This document shows, piece after piece, positions 1-18,058 of a stretch of DNA of 64,000 bases. This DNA is from the human T2T-CHM13v2.0 reference genome, Homo sapiens, in the NCBI RefSeq assembly GCF_009914755.1, contig NC_060925.1, one strand, 5' to 3'. Both the position numbers and the translations under genes were made by a program. Within the stretch, counting starts at the first letter, position 1. Every line of letters starts with the position of its first letter. Below the pieces are notes generated by a model, which worked only from the letters and a program-made list of their open reading frames with translations, had not been told where the DNA came from and did not search any database.

Positions 1-168
1 TACAAGACTAAAAATTAGGTAAGTATTCTCACAGGACAACAGGTAACTTTGACATTATGTTTCTTTCAATATTGTAGTGTATACTTTATCAAAAAAAGAA
101 TATAAGAATATTACCGATGAAGATAATAAGAATAAGAAAACGATTTTGAGCGTTTCATATAACAAATA

Positions 169-300
169 GGACCAGGCGTGGTGGCTCTTGCATGTAACTC
201 AGCACTTTGGGAGGCTGAGGCAGGAGAATTCCTTGAGGCCTGGAGTTTGGGACCATCCTGGACGATATAGCAAGACCCTGTCTCTAAAGAACAAAGCACA
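169..300 (+). mobile_element. Alu monomer (FLAM/FAM-like) in amylase intron 4
   Basis: ggaccaggcgtggtggctc...cactttgggaggctgaggcagg...gaccctgtctct with an A-rich tail; copies at ~33690-33820 (-) and ~55488-55640 (+). Confidence 0.8.
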
Positions 301-418
301 ACAAGTCTAAAATAACTCAGAAATAGCTGAAAGCTAATTTTTATATAATATAAACTTATCGGTTAAAATGCTTTAAAGTCCTTATGCAAAATGTTTTTTT
401 TTCCTAAATTTCTTCTAG

Positions 419-5528
<5,110 letters not shown>

Positions 5529-5536
5529 AATTTAAA

Positions 5537-5542
5537 ATTAAA
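5537..5542 (+). terminator. Candidate polyadenylation signal ATTAAA of the + strand AMY1 gene
   Basis: ATTAAA 9 nt after the stop codon, also present after the AMYP1 stop; a second hexamer AATAAA lies at 5619-5624. Confidence 0.6.
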
Positions 5543-5649
5543 TGCAAATCCGCAAAGCAATAGCTAAGTGTGTTTCTTTTCTTACATATACAGTAATAGT
5601 TACATATCATTAATTTTAAATAAAAGCTCTAATTAGTAAAAAGAGGTTT

Positions 5650-8600
5650 AAGACACTTGATAGTATGAAATACAATTCCAGGTTACACATAAGTTATTTA
5701 TTTTGGCAAAAGGATGACTCAAAAATTTTAAAACTAGGCAACAATCTTTACTCATTAAGAGGTAAGACTTAGCTTTCCAAACAGTTTGTCTCCTGTCTAC
5801 TCTTTTCTCTCCTTGGCATTCTACCAACAAGGCAAACCAAATATTTCATTATTCTTCTCTATTACATGAAAAATCTGTACAAGGGAAGGAAAGCCAAATT
5901 TTACCCTTACATAGGTTTCAAAAGAATCCTTTTTCCATAGGCAACATTTACATTTTTATGCCTTTTTATAATCTTTTACCACAAACACATTTAAGTGTTC
6001 CTACACACCTTGCATGTAAATTTATTTTTAGTTGTCTTATTTACATATTTTTATGGTCAATCTTAGCAATTTTTAACTTTAATGTAAACCTGGTAAGTTG
6101 TTTTAATTATGTACTAGATGCAGATAAAGTCTGACTTTTTCCATTCTAGTTAGGGCATGGTTAATTTCATATGTCCCCAGGCCTTACCAAGTTGTAAAGT
6201 AGGCAGCCTACAACCTTGAAATATTTAGCAAGCCTTTTATCTAATTTATGTGATTTAAACCTGCTATTTACATATTGATGATATTTGCATTTTCCAATTT
6301 GATCTTTAAAACAGTTTTTATTTCTTAGAGTTTAAAAACACATAAACTAAAAGGCATTACGGTTTTAACTTTCCTCTAAAATATTTGATTTAAGTGCTTA
6401 TTTTTATTTAAGGCAATCAATTGGTCCTCGTTACAGACATCACACACAACACATATATTGCTACACAGACAAACAGAAGAAGATCCAGTAGCTCTAAGAT
6501 TTCTTCTCGTCCCATTTCCTAATTGCATTACTGGCTTCCCAGTAGAGCCCTTTAAGAACAGGGATAGCAAACCACGAAGTTTCTAGGGCCTAATCAACTT
6601 GTATAGCTGTAAGACAAAAACAGATTTTGAGCAGGATTGATCAGCCTCTAGATTCTGGGATTCCATGAGGAAAACAGAGGTTTCTCCCAAAATGGAATCC
6701 ATCATGCATTTTCTGTTTTTCCCAAAACGTTTCAGGCCACCAGAAGTTATCTTGTGTGCATTAAGAGTGGAAAGACAGAGTGGAGAACAGTAATTCAGTC
6801 AATGGAAAAGTTCTTTTCAAGAAAAACACGATCCAAGAAGACAAAAACATGCAGGTCTTTTAAATATACCTATAACTTGAATATCCACTTTTAATCAAGC
6901 TCAGCACCCTTTCAGAAAATCCTTTGACATCTTCTGTTTCCTGACTTTAGCTAAATCAAGCAGGTAATATTTCTGGCTTTTGAATTTTACCAAAGGTAAC
7001 ATCACAGGGGAAACTAAAAACTCTCCGTTAGGTTATAAGTTCACCGTTAGTATACAAGATATTTTATAAGTGGTGGTAAGCAGTTTTTACCAGATCTAGA
7101 ACCTTTAAAGTCAGTTGAGAGAAAGGAAGATTTCAGAAAGGCAGTTAGAGTTTTTCATGGCGGAGCACGAGATGATTAAACGTCACACAGTTGTTAACTG
7201 GAAAGTATTCATCACCCAGGCTGGGATTGAACCTGGGTCACCATTGTAAAAAGGCAACGGCTGAAAAGTGGTACTACCACATGGTTACAGGTTATGCTTA
7301 AGGACATAAAACAAGTCGGAGACATGCAGCAAAGTTTGTTACTGACCAGTTTATGAGGGTGTCTTGAACAGTGAGCTCAAGGAGTCTCAGGCCTGGATTC
7401 CATTCCAAGGTACCCTCTGTCTGACTTTTTCTTCTATTTTCTCTCCTTTTCCTGAGCCTCCTCCTAGTACGTCTTATGAAAGACTGAGGTGGCTACTCTT
7501 AGAAGGTTTTCTAAGGTGCCTTCTAGTCCTATAGCCTGTTTCTGTAGCTTCCTTCAAATATCAGGAGCTGCTTGAGTAAACCTGTCTTTCAAGATGAGCT
7601 GTCCCTCAATTGAATTACGAGATAGGGAAGCATGTTTTGCCAAAGTCTCTCTCAGCCTTTATAAAAAGGCTGAGGGATTTTCATCTGGGTTTTGATCTAT
7701 CATGGATAGCTTAGAGTAGTTAACAGGTTTGGCTCTGGTCCCCTGTAAGACTTCTACCGTATACATCTGAAAGTGTTTCTATTTTTCAATCATCTATGGG
7801 CTTAGTAGGGTTCCAATTAGAGTTTTCAAGGGATACTGCCTCTTTTCCTACTGGGAATGGGGATTCTGCCTGTTTCTCACCCTCTTTCCCTTTTTGACTG
7901 GCTATAGGAAACATGCTGCTCATCTCTGATTTTTTCTGCTACCTGTAGGGCTGCCTGTCTCTCAACAGCAGTTAGGGTTTCAGAGTAACATAACATCCTT
8001 CTAGGAGAGTTTAAATACTTGGGTTATATCCTGGAAGGCCTCTATACATGAGAGAAGTTGGCACTTGCCCAGAGCGAACTTCAGGCTCTGAAGTCTAAAG
8101 AATAACTCAAGGGGAATGCAGGCTTGAAGATGGGGTGTTACCCATGCATAAAAAGAGGGGAGTAGAAGGTGTCCCTTAGTCTCCTTTCAACTTTTGAAGT
8201 GACCCAGGTTGAAGAGAAAGATTACAGGGGTGTCCCTCTTCTCTTTCCTCCCATCTCCTTTGGGTCCTGGCAACCATCATAGGTGCAGCCCATGGATGCA
8301 AGCATGAATTGCACCCATGTATCTGGAGGTGCTAGTTGGCAGGGGTAGTCATGCTTACCAGCACAATGCCTCATCTCACTGCCCTTCTGGGTTCCTAGGC
8401 CTCCCAGGAGATTGTACAGTAGATAAAGTTGGGTGAGACACTTTAACAGAGGGAGTGTTTTAACCCTATTCCTGCTTCCTCTAGCTATGGCCCTGGAAAA
8501 GCAGTGCATTCCCAGAAAATTTTACCCATTGCCTTTTAAACACAAAATCCCCTTTCTGATTAAATGCCAATGTTGTTGGAAGCAGAACAGGTGCCTCAAA

Positions 8601-8884
8601 AGAACATATGGATTTAATGGCTGTCCTCCTTCTGATGGGAACAGCACTGAGGCTAGAATTTGTCTCTCAAGGGTGGCTTCCTCCCAACTGTTGAATGCGG
8701 AGTTTTTTTCCCTACAAATGGGGCATAGAGTCTGCTTGCTGACAGAGGAACACAAAAGTGGAAGAAATCTGGGTATTAGAGGTTTTTGGCAAAGGGCCAA
8801 CAAGACTCTATGCAGAAAAAAATCCTATCTCATGAGGTGGTGCTGTAGGTTTTGAAAATTTAGGTAAAATCTGTGACTCTAAAT
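5650..8884 (-). mobile_element. Degenerate class I ERV internal sequence downstream of AMY1, truncated at 8884
   Basis: Reverse complement of 25105-28340, which carries a gag major-homology-region remnant. The left boundary is approximate. Confidence 0.75.
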
Positions 8885-9078
8885 ATTGATTAAAAATCTT
8901 AAATCAATATTTGAAAGTTCTTAAATATGGATTTGAGTTTCTTAAAGTAGTCAAACTTGTTAACTTCTGTCCCTAAGAGATCTAAATTCCTATTTTAAAT
9001 GAAATTCAATTAGCTACATGTCTACAAGAAAAGGCATATATTACTCTTTTATTCAGATCACTCTCGTAAAAAAATTAC

Positions 9079-9276
9079 CTGAGTAGCATCATTGTAGTTC
9101 TCGATATCTCCACTTCCAGTTTTACATTTACCATCATTGAAATCCCATCCAGAATATGGGACTGCTGGAAAGTCCCTACTTCCAGGGTTGAAGTAACTTC
9201 CACAGGTACTGCTTGTTCCTGCACTCACAGCGTTACCACACATATGATTAATTACAGCATCCACATAAATACGAAC
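9079..9276 (-). pseudogene. Orphan amylase exon 3 (AMY2A-type) with intron flanks 8884-9412
   Basis: 198-nt exon VRIYVDAVINHMCGNAVSAG...NYNDATQ with intact AG/GT. It differs from the AMY1 exon 3 (34989-35186) at synonymous sites (AAC/AAT, TTC/TTT, TAC/TAT), which as I recall match AMY2A. No exon 2 or exon 4 is adjacent. Confidence 0.9.
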
Positions 9277-11039
9277 CTAGAAAACAAAGTTTCTACTTCA
9301 GTGTGACTTACAGAGAGGTAGAAATTTAAAGCATTATTGATGCAAGTTTATAGTATGTTAATAAAACTCCAAAATATTTCATGATATCTTATAATTATTT
9401 TCCTACAAGATCTAATTCCTATCTCTAGTGTTCTTACTTTCCCTACCTCACTATGTTGTAAAAGTTAAGAAGCTATGATTCATAACAGCATTTTTACAGA
9501 AGAGCTGAGTCTTTTTGGGCAGTGCCTCTAAGGTAAAGGTGTAATCACAGCCTCAAGAAAGTATCCGTAAAAAGGAATCAAATAGAACAAAAGGAAGTTT
9601 TCCTACTTATATACAGCTGAAACTCATTTCATTAAAGGAACAGAATAATTTTATGTGGGAAATATTTTCACCTTTGAGTGATGTTCTGACAGATGAAAGA
9701 TTTGGGGGTACAAAAATAGAAGACTGTATTATGGCAAGGATACAAATTTTCTAAATTGGGATAAATACCCTACTTCCAGAAAACCAAAAGCCCAATAAAA
9801 CTCAATGCCAGACAAGTATAAAATAATTATAAAAAAGATTACAATAAAAAAAGTGAAACTGCATTGATATCCATGTAAGAATTTTTAAAGGCAGTTTTTA
9901 TAATCATAAATAAAATATATTATAAAATTGCCTTAAAAAGAAATTATGTAATCATCTAGTTATGTTCTGCTGCACATCTTAAACCAGGTAAACAAAAAAT
10001 GCAAACACTATTCCATTGGAAAGAAAACAATTTATTATATCTGAGGAAAGTCATTACAATACATGTAATATATTTCCAATTTACTGATTTAAAGGCGTAT
10101 GGATTTAATTTTTAAATACACTTTCAAAGCTGTTATGCACAGTTCCATAGTCCAGGTGGTCAATTTCTTCTTCTCAAAGTTGCAAAGCACTTGAAGGACA
10201 TGGGAATCCAAAGAAACCTAAAAACATCATAAAAGCCCATTAAAAATAGTAAGTATAACACAGGTCATTAGTTTAAAAATAACTGAGAGCTGAACCATTT
10301 ATATTTAGAAAATTAGTGAATCATGTCAGTTTAACAAAATTTATGTAAATGAACTGCTTATAAAGAAACTGATTTATAACATTTACAAAATCATTTCAAC
10401 TATGCCTATAGAAAAATAATTACATTTTCAATATCTATAGGTTTTGTACTTTTAAGGTGATAATAACCAAATTTTCAATTGTTTTCATAGAACTAAGAAT
10501 AGTATCAGATTTTTCAACAAAGAAACACAGAGGCGCCAACCCTTTATTTTCCTAGTTATTAATATCAGGTTGGGTGCCTATGTTGATACTAGGTACCTAA
10601 CCATTTTACTCTAACAAACGAGTATCCAAACTGCTCAGTCCTTAGAATTACTAAGGAAACCTTTTCAAATCTGATTCTGATACTCCATTCCCAGAGATTC
10701 AGTTGTATTAGTTCTAGGATAGAGTATAGGAATCTTAATTCATAAAAACTCTTCCTTGGTGGTTCTCAAACTTGGTTGCACATTAAAATCAGCTTGAGAG
10801 GTTCATTCCAACATCTGTGCTACACTCTCAACACATCAAATGAAAATTCTGACCAAGGGAACCAGGCATCAACACATTTCTTAAGGACTTTTTTAGGAGG
10901 GAGAGGTTCTTACTCTGTCAACCAAGCTAGAATGCAGTGGAGTGATCATGGCTCACTGCAACCTCAACCTCGGGGGCTCAAGTGATCCCCTTGCTTTAGT
11001 CTCCCAAGTAGCTGAGACCAGAGGTGCAAGCTATTTATT

Positions 11040-11690
11040 ACTAGCTATTTGTCCAAAGGTAAATAAATGAGTATATCAAAGAGATAACCACACTCTCATA
11101 TTTATTGCAATATTCACAATAGCAAAGATATGAAATCAACCTCTGTCCATCAATGGATGAATGAATAAAAACAACATGGTATATATATACACAGTAGAAT
11201 ACTTTTTGTCCATAAAAAAGAATGAGATTTTATCATTTACAGCAAGATGGATGGAACTGGAAGTCATTGTGTTGGGTGAAATAAGCCAGGCACAGAAAAA
11301 CAAGTATCACATATCCTTATTCTTACATGAAAACTAAAAATATTGATCTCATGGAGGTAGAGAATAGAATTATAGATAGATACCAGAGGCTGGAAAGTTT
11401 CTCTGGGTGGGAGGAATAAAGAAAAGTTTGTTAATAGGTCCAAACATACAATTACTTGGAAGACATATGTTCTAATATTTCATAGCAGAGTAAGGTGACT
11501 ACATATAAACAGCAATGTATTGTATATTCCAAAATAGCTAAAGGACTTGAAATGTTCTTAACATATGGAAATAATACTTGAGATTATGGACACCCTGGTT
11601 ACTTTGATTTGATCATTATAAAGCTTAGGCAAGTAACAAAATATTACATTTACCCTATGTGCATGTACAACTATATTAATGAAAAAATAG
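11040..11690 (+). mobile_element. Old L1 (L1M-type) 3' end, preceded by an antisense Alu fragment (~10895-11030)
   Basis: tttattgca..tattcacaatagcaaagata, gatggaactggaagtcatt, gaaataagccaggcacagaaa; paralog at ~51305-51960. Confidence 0.8.
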
Positions 11691-13748
11691 TCTTCTACAA
11701 TAAAATTTTATTATTGTTAATCTAATTGAGAATTCATGATGATTTAAAGATTATTTGGCAAAAATGTTGCCTGTGCAAAGCAAGCTTTCCTTCCTATGTT
11801 GTGCAAATTATTAAAGTAATATAAATATGTATATAACTTCAAAAAATGATATTTCAAAATATTGTTCTACAACACTCAAGCTTTTAATGTCACTGATATT
11901 ATGTTTTCCAGTAACAGGTAATAATTTAGCACTCCCTGTAAGTTAAGTTCTCTATTAGCGTATTTATTTTTTCCAACAAACTTACAGACTGGATATTTAG
12001 GTCCAAAAACTTTAAATAGCTTGTCTCGCATTACTTAGCAAATATATTGTATTTTTGAGATCTGACTTCAGACTCTGTTGTATTACGCTAGTACTCCAAT
12101 GCTAATCTCATTTTAATCCACTACAGGAGAACTATTTACTCTCTCTCTGGAAAATTTTAGCACAGCTTTTTATATGATTTTCTGAAATACATATAGTATT
12201 ATTTATATATATATATTATTTATATATTATATATAAATATATATAAATATACATAATATATAATATATAAATAATATTTCTATCAAGTTTATTTTTTATC
12301 TATGCATATTCTTAAGCTCCTAATTTTCTTTATCGTATTTTCCCTAAAATGTATTCAAACTCAACTTAATTAGATTTTTAGTTTTATGGTGGTATAATTC
12401 ACAAATTAAAATTATATATATTCAACGTGTACAATGTGAGGTTTTGAGTTTTTTTTAATTAGCCCTAGTTGAGAAAGGCAAATGCTTAATGGTACATACT
12501 AAAAAGTATTCAGGACAAGGCTGCTTAACATAAACTTGCTAATTACCAATCAATAGACTACTCAAATGCTTTTTTGATAAACAAAAGCTACAATTGTAGG
12601 TAGCGTATTTTTACTGGTTTCCTTTACACTGAAGCATTTTTTCAACTAATATATATCTTACAAATAGTAAAATACATAAATCTTAAGCATATAGCATTAT
12701 AATTTTTATAAGTGTATATATCCCTATCACCACCACCCAAATCAAGCAAGATATGGACGATTTCCAGCTCCCACACCCCTGGCTCTCGCACTTTCTCAAC
12801 CAGTTACTCACCAATGGTCATCATTATCATGAAATCTATCACGATGGATTTCCCTACTCCTCAATTTCATATAAATGGAAACTTGCTGTATGTAATCTTT
12901 TGAGTCTGACTTGTTTCACTCAGTTGAAATTTGTGAGAATCATCTATGTTTTGTGTAGCAGCAGTTCATTGTTTAATTGCTGTGTGGTATTCATCGCGGG
13001 AAGCAAAAGTAATTTATTTATTCATTCTACTGTGAATGGGCATTTGTGTTGTTTTTAGTTTAGAAGTTATGACACATCAGTGATTTTATTTGATAAGAAC
13101 CCTAGGAGTTGCTGAGTTATATAGAATCGATTGCCTTACACATGTTGTTTACGTTTTGCCTACTATTTTATATATTTCATCCTTGATCTGTTTGTCTCGC
13201 TACTGTTTGGAACAAACCTGGAGCTCCTTATAGGAAATTGATATCTTTTTTTTTCTTTTCTCAACTTCTATTTTAGGTTCAGGAGGTACATGGGCAGGTT
13301 TGTTACGTGGGTAATTGCATGTTGCTGGGGTTTGGTGTACAAATGATTTCATCACCCAGCTAGTGAGCATAGTCCCCAGCAGGTAGTGTTTTGACCCTCA
13401 CTCTCCTCTCACCCTGCGCCCATCAAGTATATTTTAAAAGGACTTTCACAATCAAGCTAATTAACATATTCATGTCTTCACATAGTTATCATGTGTTGGG
13501 AAAAGGTAATAGTTAAGATCTACACTCAGTGAACTTAAAGCATACATTATTACTAACTATTTTTACCCTGTTGTGCATTAGACCTCCATAACTTATTCAT
13601 CTTATAATGGCAAGTTTTCATTGTTGTACCTGTAGTATTTTTCATTCTCTGCCTGGCTTATTTCACTTGGCATAATATCCTCTAGGCTCGTTCATTTTGT
13701 TGGAAATGGCAGAATTTCATTCTTTTAAATACGGAATAATATTCCGTT

Positions 13749-13790
13749 GTAGATAGATAGATAGATAAATAGACAGATAGATGATAGATA
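13749..13790. repeat. (GATA)n tetranucleotide repeat, imperfect
   Basis: Direct reading; the paralog at ~53950-54002 is longer and purer. Confidence 0.85.
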
Positions 13791-13954
13791 TCATAATTTA
13801 CATACCTACTCATCTGTCAACACTTAGATTGTTTCCATATTTTGGTTTTTGTGAATAAAGCTGCAATGAACACAGGAATGCAGATATCTCTTCAAGATAG
13901 TGATTTTATTTCTATCGTATATAAAAGGAAAAGTATATAAAAGGTATATACCCT

Positions 13955-14240
13955 TTTTTTGAGATGGAGTCTCACTCTGATGCCCATGCTGGAGTGCAGT
14001 GATGCAATCTTGACTCATGGCAACCTCTGTCTCCCAAGTTCAAGCAATTCTCCCTGCCACAGCCTCCCAAGTAGCTGGGATTACAGGTGCCAACCACCAC
14101 GCTGGGCTAATTTCTGTGTTTTTTAGTAGAGATGCGGTTTTGCCATGTTGGCGACTCTGGTCGTGAACTCCTGACCTCAGGTAATCTGCCTCCCTCACCT
14201 CTCAAAGTGCTGGGATTACAGGTGTGAGCCAACACACCCA
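13955..14240 (-). mobile_element. Alu (AluS-like), antisense, inside L1 sequence
   Basis: ttttgagatggagtctcactctg...aaagtgctgggattacaggtgtgagcc; the paralog at ~54165-54400 lacks its first part. Confidence 0.88.
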
Positions 14241-14249
14241 CAGGTATAT

Positions 14250-14689
14250 ACTTTTATGCCTAAAAGTATAATTTCTGTAACATACGGTACATCTTTAATT
14301 ATTTGAGGAGTGTCCATGCTGTATTCCATAATGGTTGTACCAATTTACATTCCCACCAAAACTCTATAAGTGTTCTCTTTTCGACACATTCTTGTCAACA
14401 CTATTTATCTTTTGCCTTTTTGATATTAGCTATTTTGAAAGATGTAATGTGACATCTCATTTTGATTCCAGTTTATATTTCCCTCATGTTTAGTGATTTT
14501 GTGCACCTCTTCATTCATGTGTTGGCCGTGTGTAAATCTTCCTTTGAAAAAATGTCTATTCAGGTCTCTTGCTCATGTTTTAATCAGGTTACTTTTTTTC
14601 TGATTATGAGTTTCTTATATGTTTTAGATATTAATGCATTATCAGATATATTGTTTTCAAGTACATTCTACCATTCCATGGGTGACTTT

Positions 14690-14720
<31 letters not shown>

Positions 14721-17010
14721 CTGTGCCACAATCTTTTAGTTTGATGTAGTTGTATGTGTTTATTTTTGTTTATCTTGTCTATACATTGGGATTCATAGCC
14801 AAAATATCATGCCAAGGTCAATGTTATGGAGGATTTCCCCTGTTTTCTTCTAGGGATTCTTTGGTTTCAGATGTTATGTTTAAATTCCTTTTCAATTTTC
14901 AATTTATTCCTGTGCATAGCATAACACTCCAATTTCATTCTTTTGCATGTGGGCCTCCAATAATTCCAACGCTATTTATTGAAGAGACTATCCTGTCTCC
15001 ATTAGGTGTTTTGGGCATGTTATTGAAGATTCTTTGACGATATTGGTGTAGGCTTTCTATTCTGCTCCATTCTTCTATGTGACTGTTTTCATACCAGTAT
15101 CATATATATATATATATATTACTGTAGTTTAGTAATATAACTTGAAAGTGAGAAGTGTGGTACCTCCTACTTTGTTCGTCTTGCTCAAGATCAGTTTGGG
15201 TAATTATAGTCTTTTGTAATTTCATACAAATTTTAGGATTTATTTCTGTTTCTGGAAAAATGCCATTGGACTTTTGATAGGGATTACATTGAATCTGTAG
15301 ATTGCTTTGTGTAATAGCATTTTGACAATATTAATTTCTCACATTGATGAACACAGAATGTCTTTCAATTTCTATTACTTTTCTACTCTCTATTTCTCTA
15401 TTTTGCTTTGATCTTTCTTATTTTCTTTCTTCTATTAACTTTGGGCTTAGTTTGCTCTTCTTTTTTTCTAGTTCCTTGAGGTTTAATGATAGATTGTTTA
15501 TTTGAAATATTTGTGTTTTTTTTAATGTAGGTGTTTGTCATTTCAAATTTTCATCTTAGCACTGTCTTACTGCATCCCACAAGCTTTGGTGTATTGTGTT
15601 TTCATTTTTGTATCAAGATTTCTTTATTTTCCTTTTTATTTCCTTTTTAAACCACCAGTTTTTAAGAATTGTGTTATGTTCACTTCTTTTTGAATTTTCC
15701 AGTTTTCCTCCTGTTAATTGATTTCTAGTTGTATACCATTGTGGTCAAAAGAGATACTTGATAAAATTTCAATCTTCTTAAATGTATTAAGACATTTTGT
15801 GACTTCAAGTATGCTCTATTTTAGAGGATGTTTCTTGTTAGCTTGAAAAGAACACCTGTTCTCCGGCTGTGGATGAAATGTGAACATACATCTGTTAGGT
15901 CCGTTTGGTCTAAAGTGCAGATCAAGTCTAATTTTTTTTTCCTAACAGATTGTCTGTCTAAATGATCTATCCATTGTTGTAATTGGAGTATTGATAATTT
16001 CAACAGTGTCAATAAGGTTACCTATATCTGTAGTATTATTGATTGCTCTGTATCTCTCCCTCCAGATATTAATGTTTGCTTTACATTTTCAAGTGCTCTA
16101 ATGTTAAGTGCATATTTATTTATAATTGTTTCATCCCTTTAATCAACTCATCCCTTTATCATTATATAGTGACCATCTTTATCACCTGTTAGAGTTTTAT
16201 CTTAAGGTATATTTTGCCTGATATAAGGATAGTTATCCATGTTGTTTTTTTGTTTTAATTTGCATGGAATATCAAATTTTCTCATCCCCTAAATTCACAC
16301 CATATGTGTCCTTGAAGCTGAAGTGAGTCTCTTGTAGGCAGTATATTGTTGGGTCTCCTTTTGTAATCCATTCAGCCACTCTGGCTTTTGAATGTAGAAT
16401 AGAATGAATTTATCTTCAAGGTAATTATTGATAGATAAGAACATACAATTGACATTTTGTTCATTGCTTTTCAGCCTTTTAACATATTTTTGTTCCTTTA
16501 TTTCTCCCTTGCTGTCGTTCTTTGAGATTTTATGATTTTCTGTAGTGACATGCTTTGATTTCTCTTTGTCTTTTGGGTATCTACTATAGGTTTTTGCTTT
16601 CCGAATAGCATGAAGCTTATACATACTATCTTGTAGTTGGAGCAAACTATTTTAAACTGAGGTTTGATCATATTCAAAACTCTATACTTTTACTCAGCCC
16701 ACTATATTTTATATATTTGGTGTCACATTATATATTTTTAATATTCTATATCTATTAACAAATTATTGTAGCTATAATTATTATTATTTTGGATTTTAAG
16801 CTTCATACTAGCAATAAAACTGATTTACACACCACTACTACACTATTAGAGTGTTCTGTATTTTTTATATATTTACCTTAATCAATGAGTTTCATACTTT
16901 TCTGTGCTTTCATGTTGCTCTATAGCAAACTTTTGCTGCAAATTCAGAAATTCTTTAAAATAATTATTTTGAATTCTTTGTCAAGAAGTTTATAGATTTT
17001 TGTATTTTTG
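14250..17010 (-). mobile_element. Old L1 (L1M-type) ORF2/ORF1 remnants
   Basis: ttccataatggttgtaccaatttacattcccacc, ttgaatctgtagattgctttg and gtgagtctcttgtaggcag are typical antisense L1. Boundaries are approximate. Confidence 0.8.
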
Positions 17011-17736
17011 CAAGGTTTTTCATGTCAAATAATTGTTTTAAAGGAGAGTAATTAGTTACAAGAGAATAAATAGGCAATTCAACCAAAACTTGAAAAAAAA
17101 CAAAACACAAACCAATTGAGAAGTTCCACAGACAGATTGAAAAAATAGAACCCAAACTAAAATTCTAGAGCTAAAGCATAAAATAAATGAAATAAAGAAT
17201 GTAAAATGAAGAATCAACAGCAAAATTGAGCAAGAAGAAAGAATCTGTGAATTTGTTTCAGTCAGGAGCAACCTGCAAAGGGTATTTCAGAGATAAGATC
17301 TCTTCATCCTAGAAAATATCAGTAGTCTCTTTCACCACAAGTTCAGCTGACAAAGAGACTAAACCAGTTCATCTTCCTTCTAGTCTTATTCCTCGGCCAT
17401 TTGCCAATAAAGAGAGTGAATAGATTGAAGGTCAACTGCTTTAATTACGTCCTCACACTGCTGAATGAAGTTTGTTCAACAATTGCCAAGCTGATCATCT
17501 AGCATATTCTTTGCTATTGCTTACAACACGTCCTGACTTCTAAAATTAGATTTGTACATAGGCTCAAAGCCCAGCATATCCCAGTAGCTCACTGTTCAAA
17601 GTAATAAATATTTGATTAGGTCTTTAAGGCTAAAGACCTCAAAATTTCTAAGAAGTTTGTGCCATAGACAAAATCTGTTGGTTATTTTCTTTATATATAA
17701 GTCCACCTTTTACTGTATTAGTATTTCTATACTGGT

Positions 17737-17737
<1 letters not shown>

Positions 17738-17775
<38 letters not shown>

Positions 17776-18058
17776 TGAGATGGAGTGTCACTCTATCTCC
17801 CAGGCTGGAGTGCAGTGGTGCAATCTCTACTCACTGCAAACTCCGCCTCCCAGGTATGGGCCATTCTCCTGCCTCAGCCTCCTGAGTAGCTGGGACTACA
17901 GGCACCCACCACCATGCCTGGCTAATTTGTTTTGTATTTTTAGTAGAGACAGGGTTTCACCATGTTAGCCAGGATGGTCTGGATCTCCTGAACTCATGAT
18001 CCTCCGGCCTCAGCCTCCGAAAGTGCCGGGATTACAGACGTGAGCCACCGAGCCTGGA
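17738..18058 (-). mobile_element. Young Alu (AluY/Sc-like) with long poly(A) tail
   Basis: About 36 T followed by gagatggagt...ccattctcctgcctcagcctcc...gtgagccaccg. Confidence 0.9.

Larger units (their letters stand above)
9411..14329 (+). repeat. Diverged direct paralog of the AMY1B upstream flank (49668-54487)
   Basis: Colinear match from tctaattcct (9411/49668) to ccatgctgtattccat (14329/54487), roughly 90% identical by eye, with the same nested Alu, L1 and GATA elements. Confidence 0.92.

Noticed and set aside
8433-8855. 140-aa ORF recurring at 25134-25556 and, varied, at 63116-63508
   Set aside because: It lies antisense in ERV leader sequence, starts at GTG and has no recognisable domain; segmental duplication explains the recurrence.
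16953-17043. A small inverted repeat of L1 ORF1-like sequence centred at ~16998, almost on the 16994.5 axis of the large inverted duplication
   Set aside because: The 16.2 kb spacer is not symmetric and the two L1 pieces are old and diverged, so the closeness to the axis is most likely coincidence rather than a fold-back origin.
17270-17600. A more GC-balanced, non-obviously repetitive stretch that might be a retrocopy or exon
   Set aside because: I found no convincing ORF, splice-site pair or recognisable family; it needs a database search.
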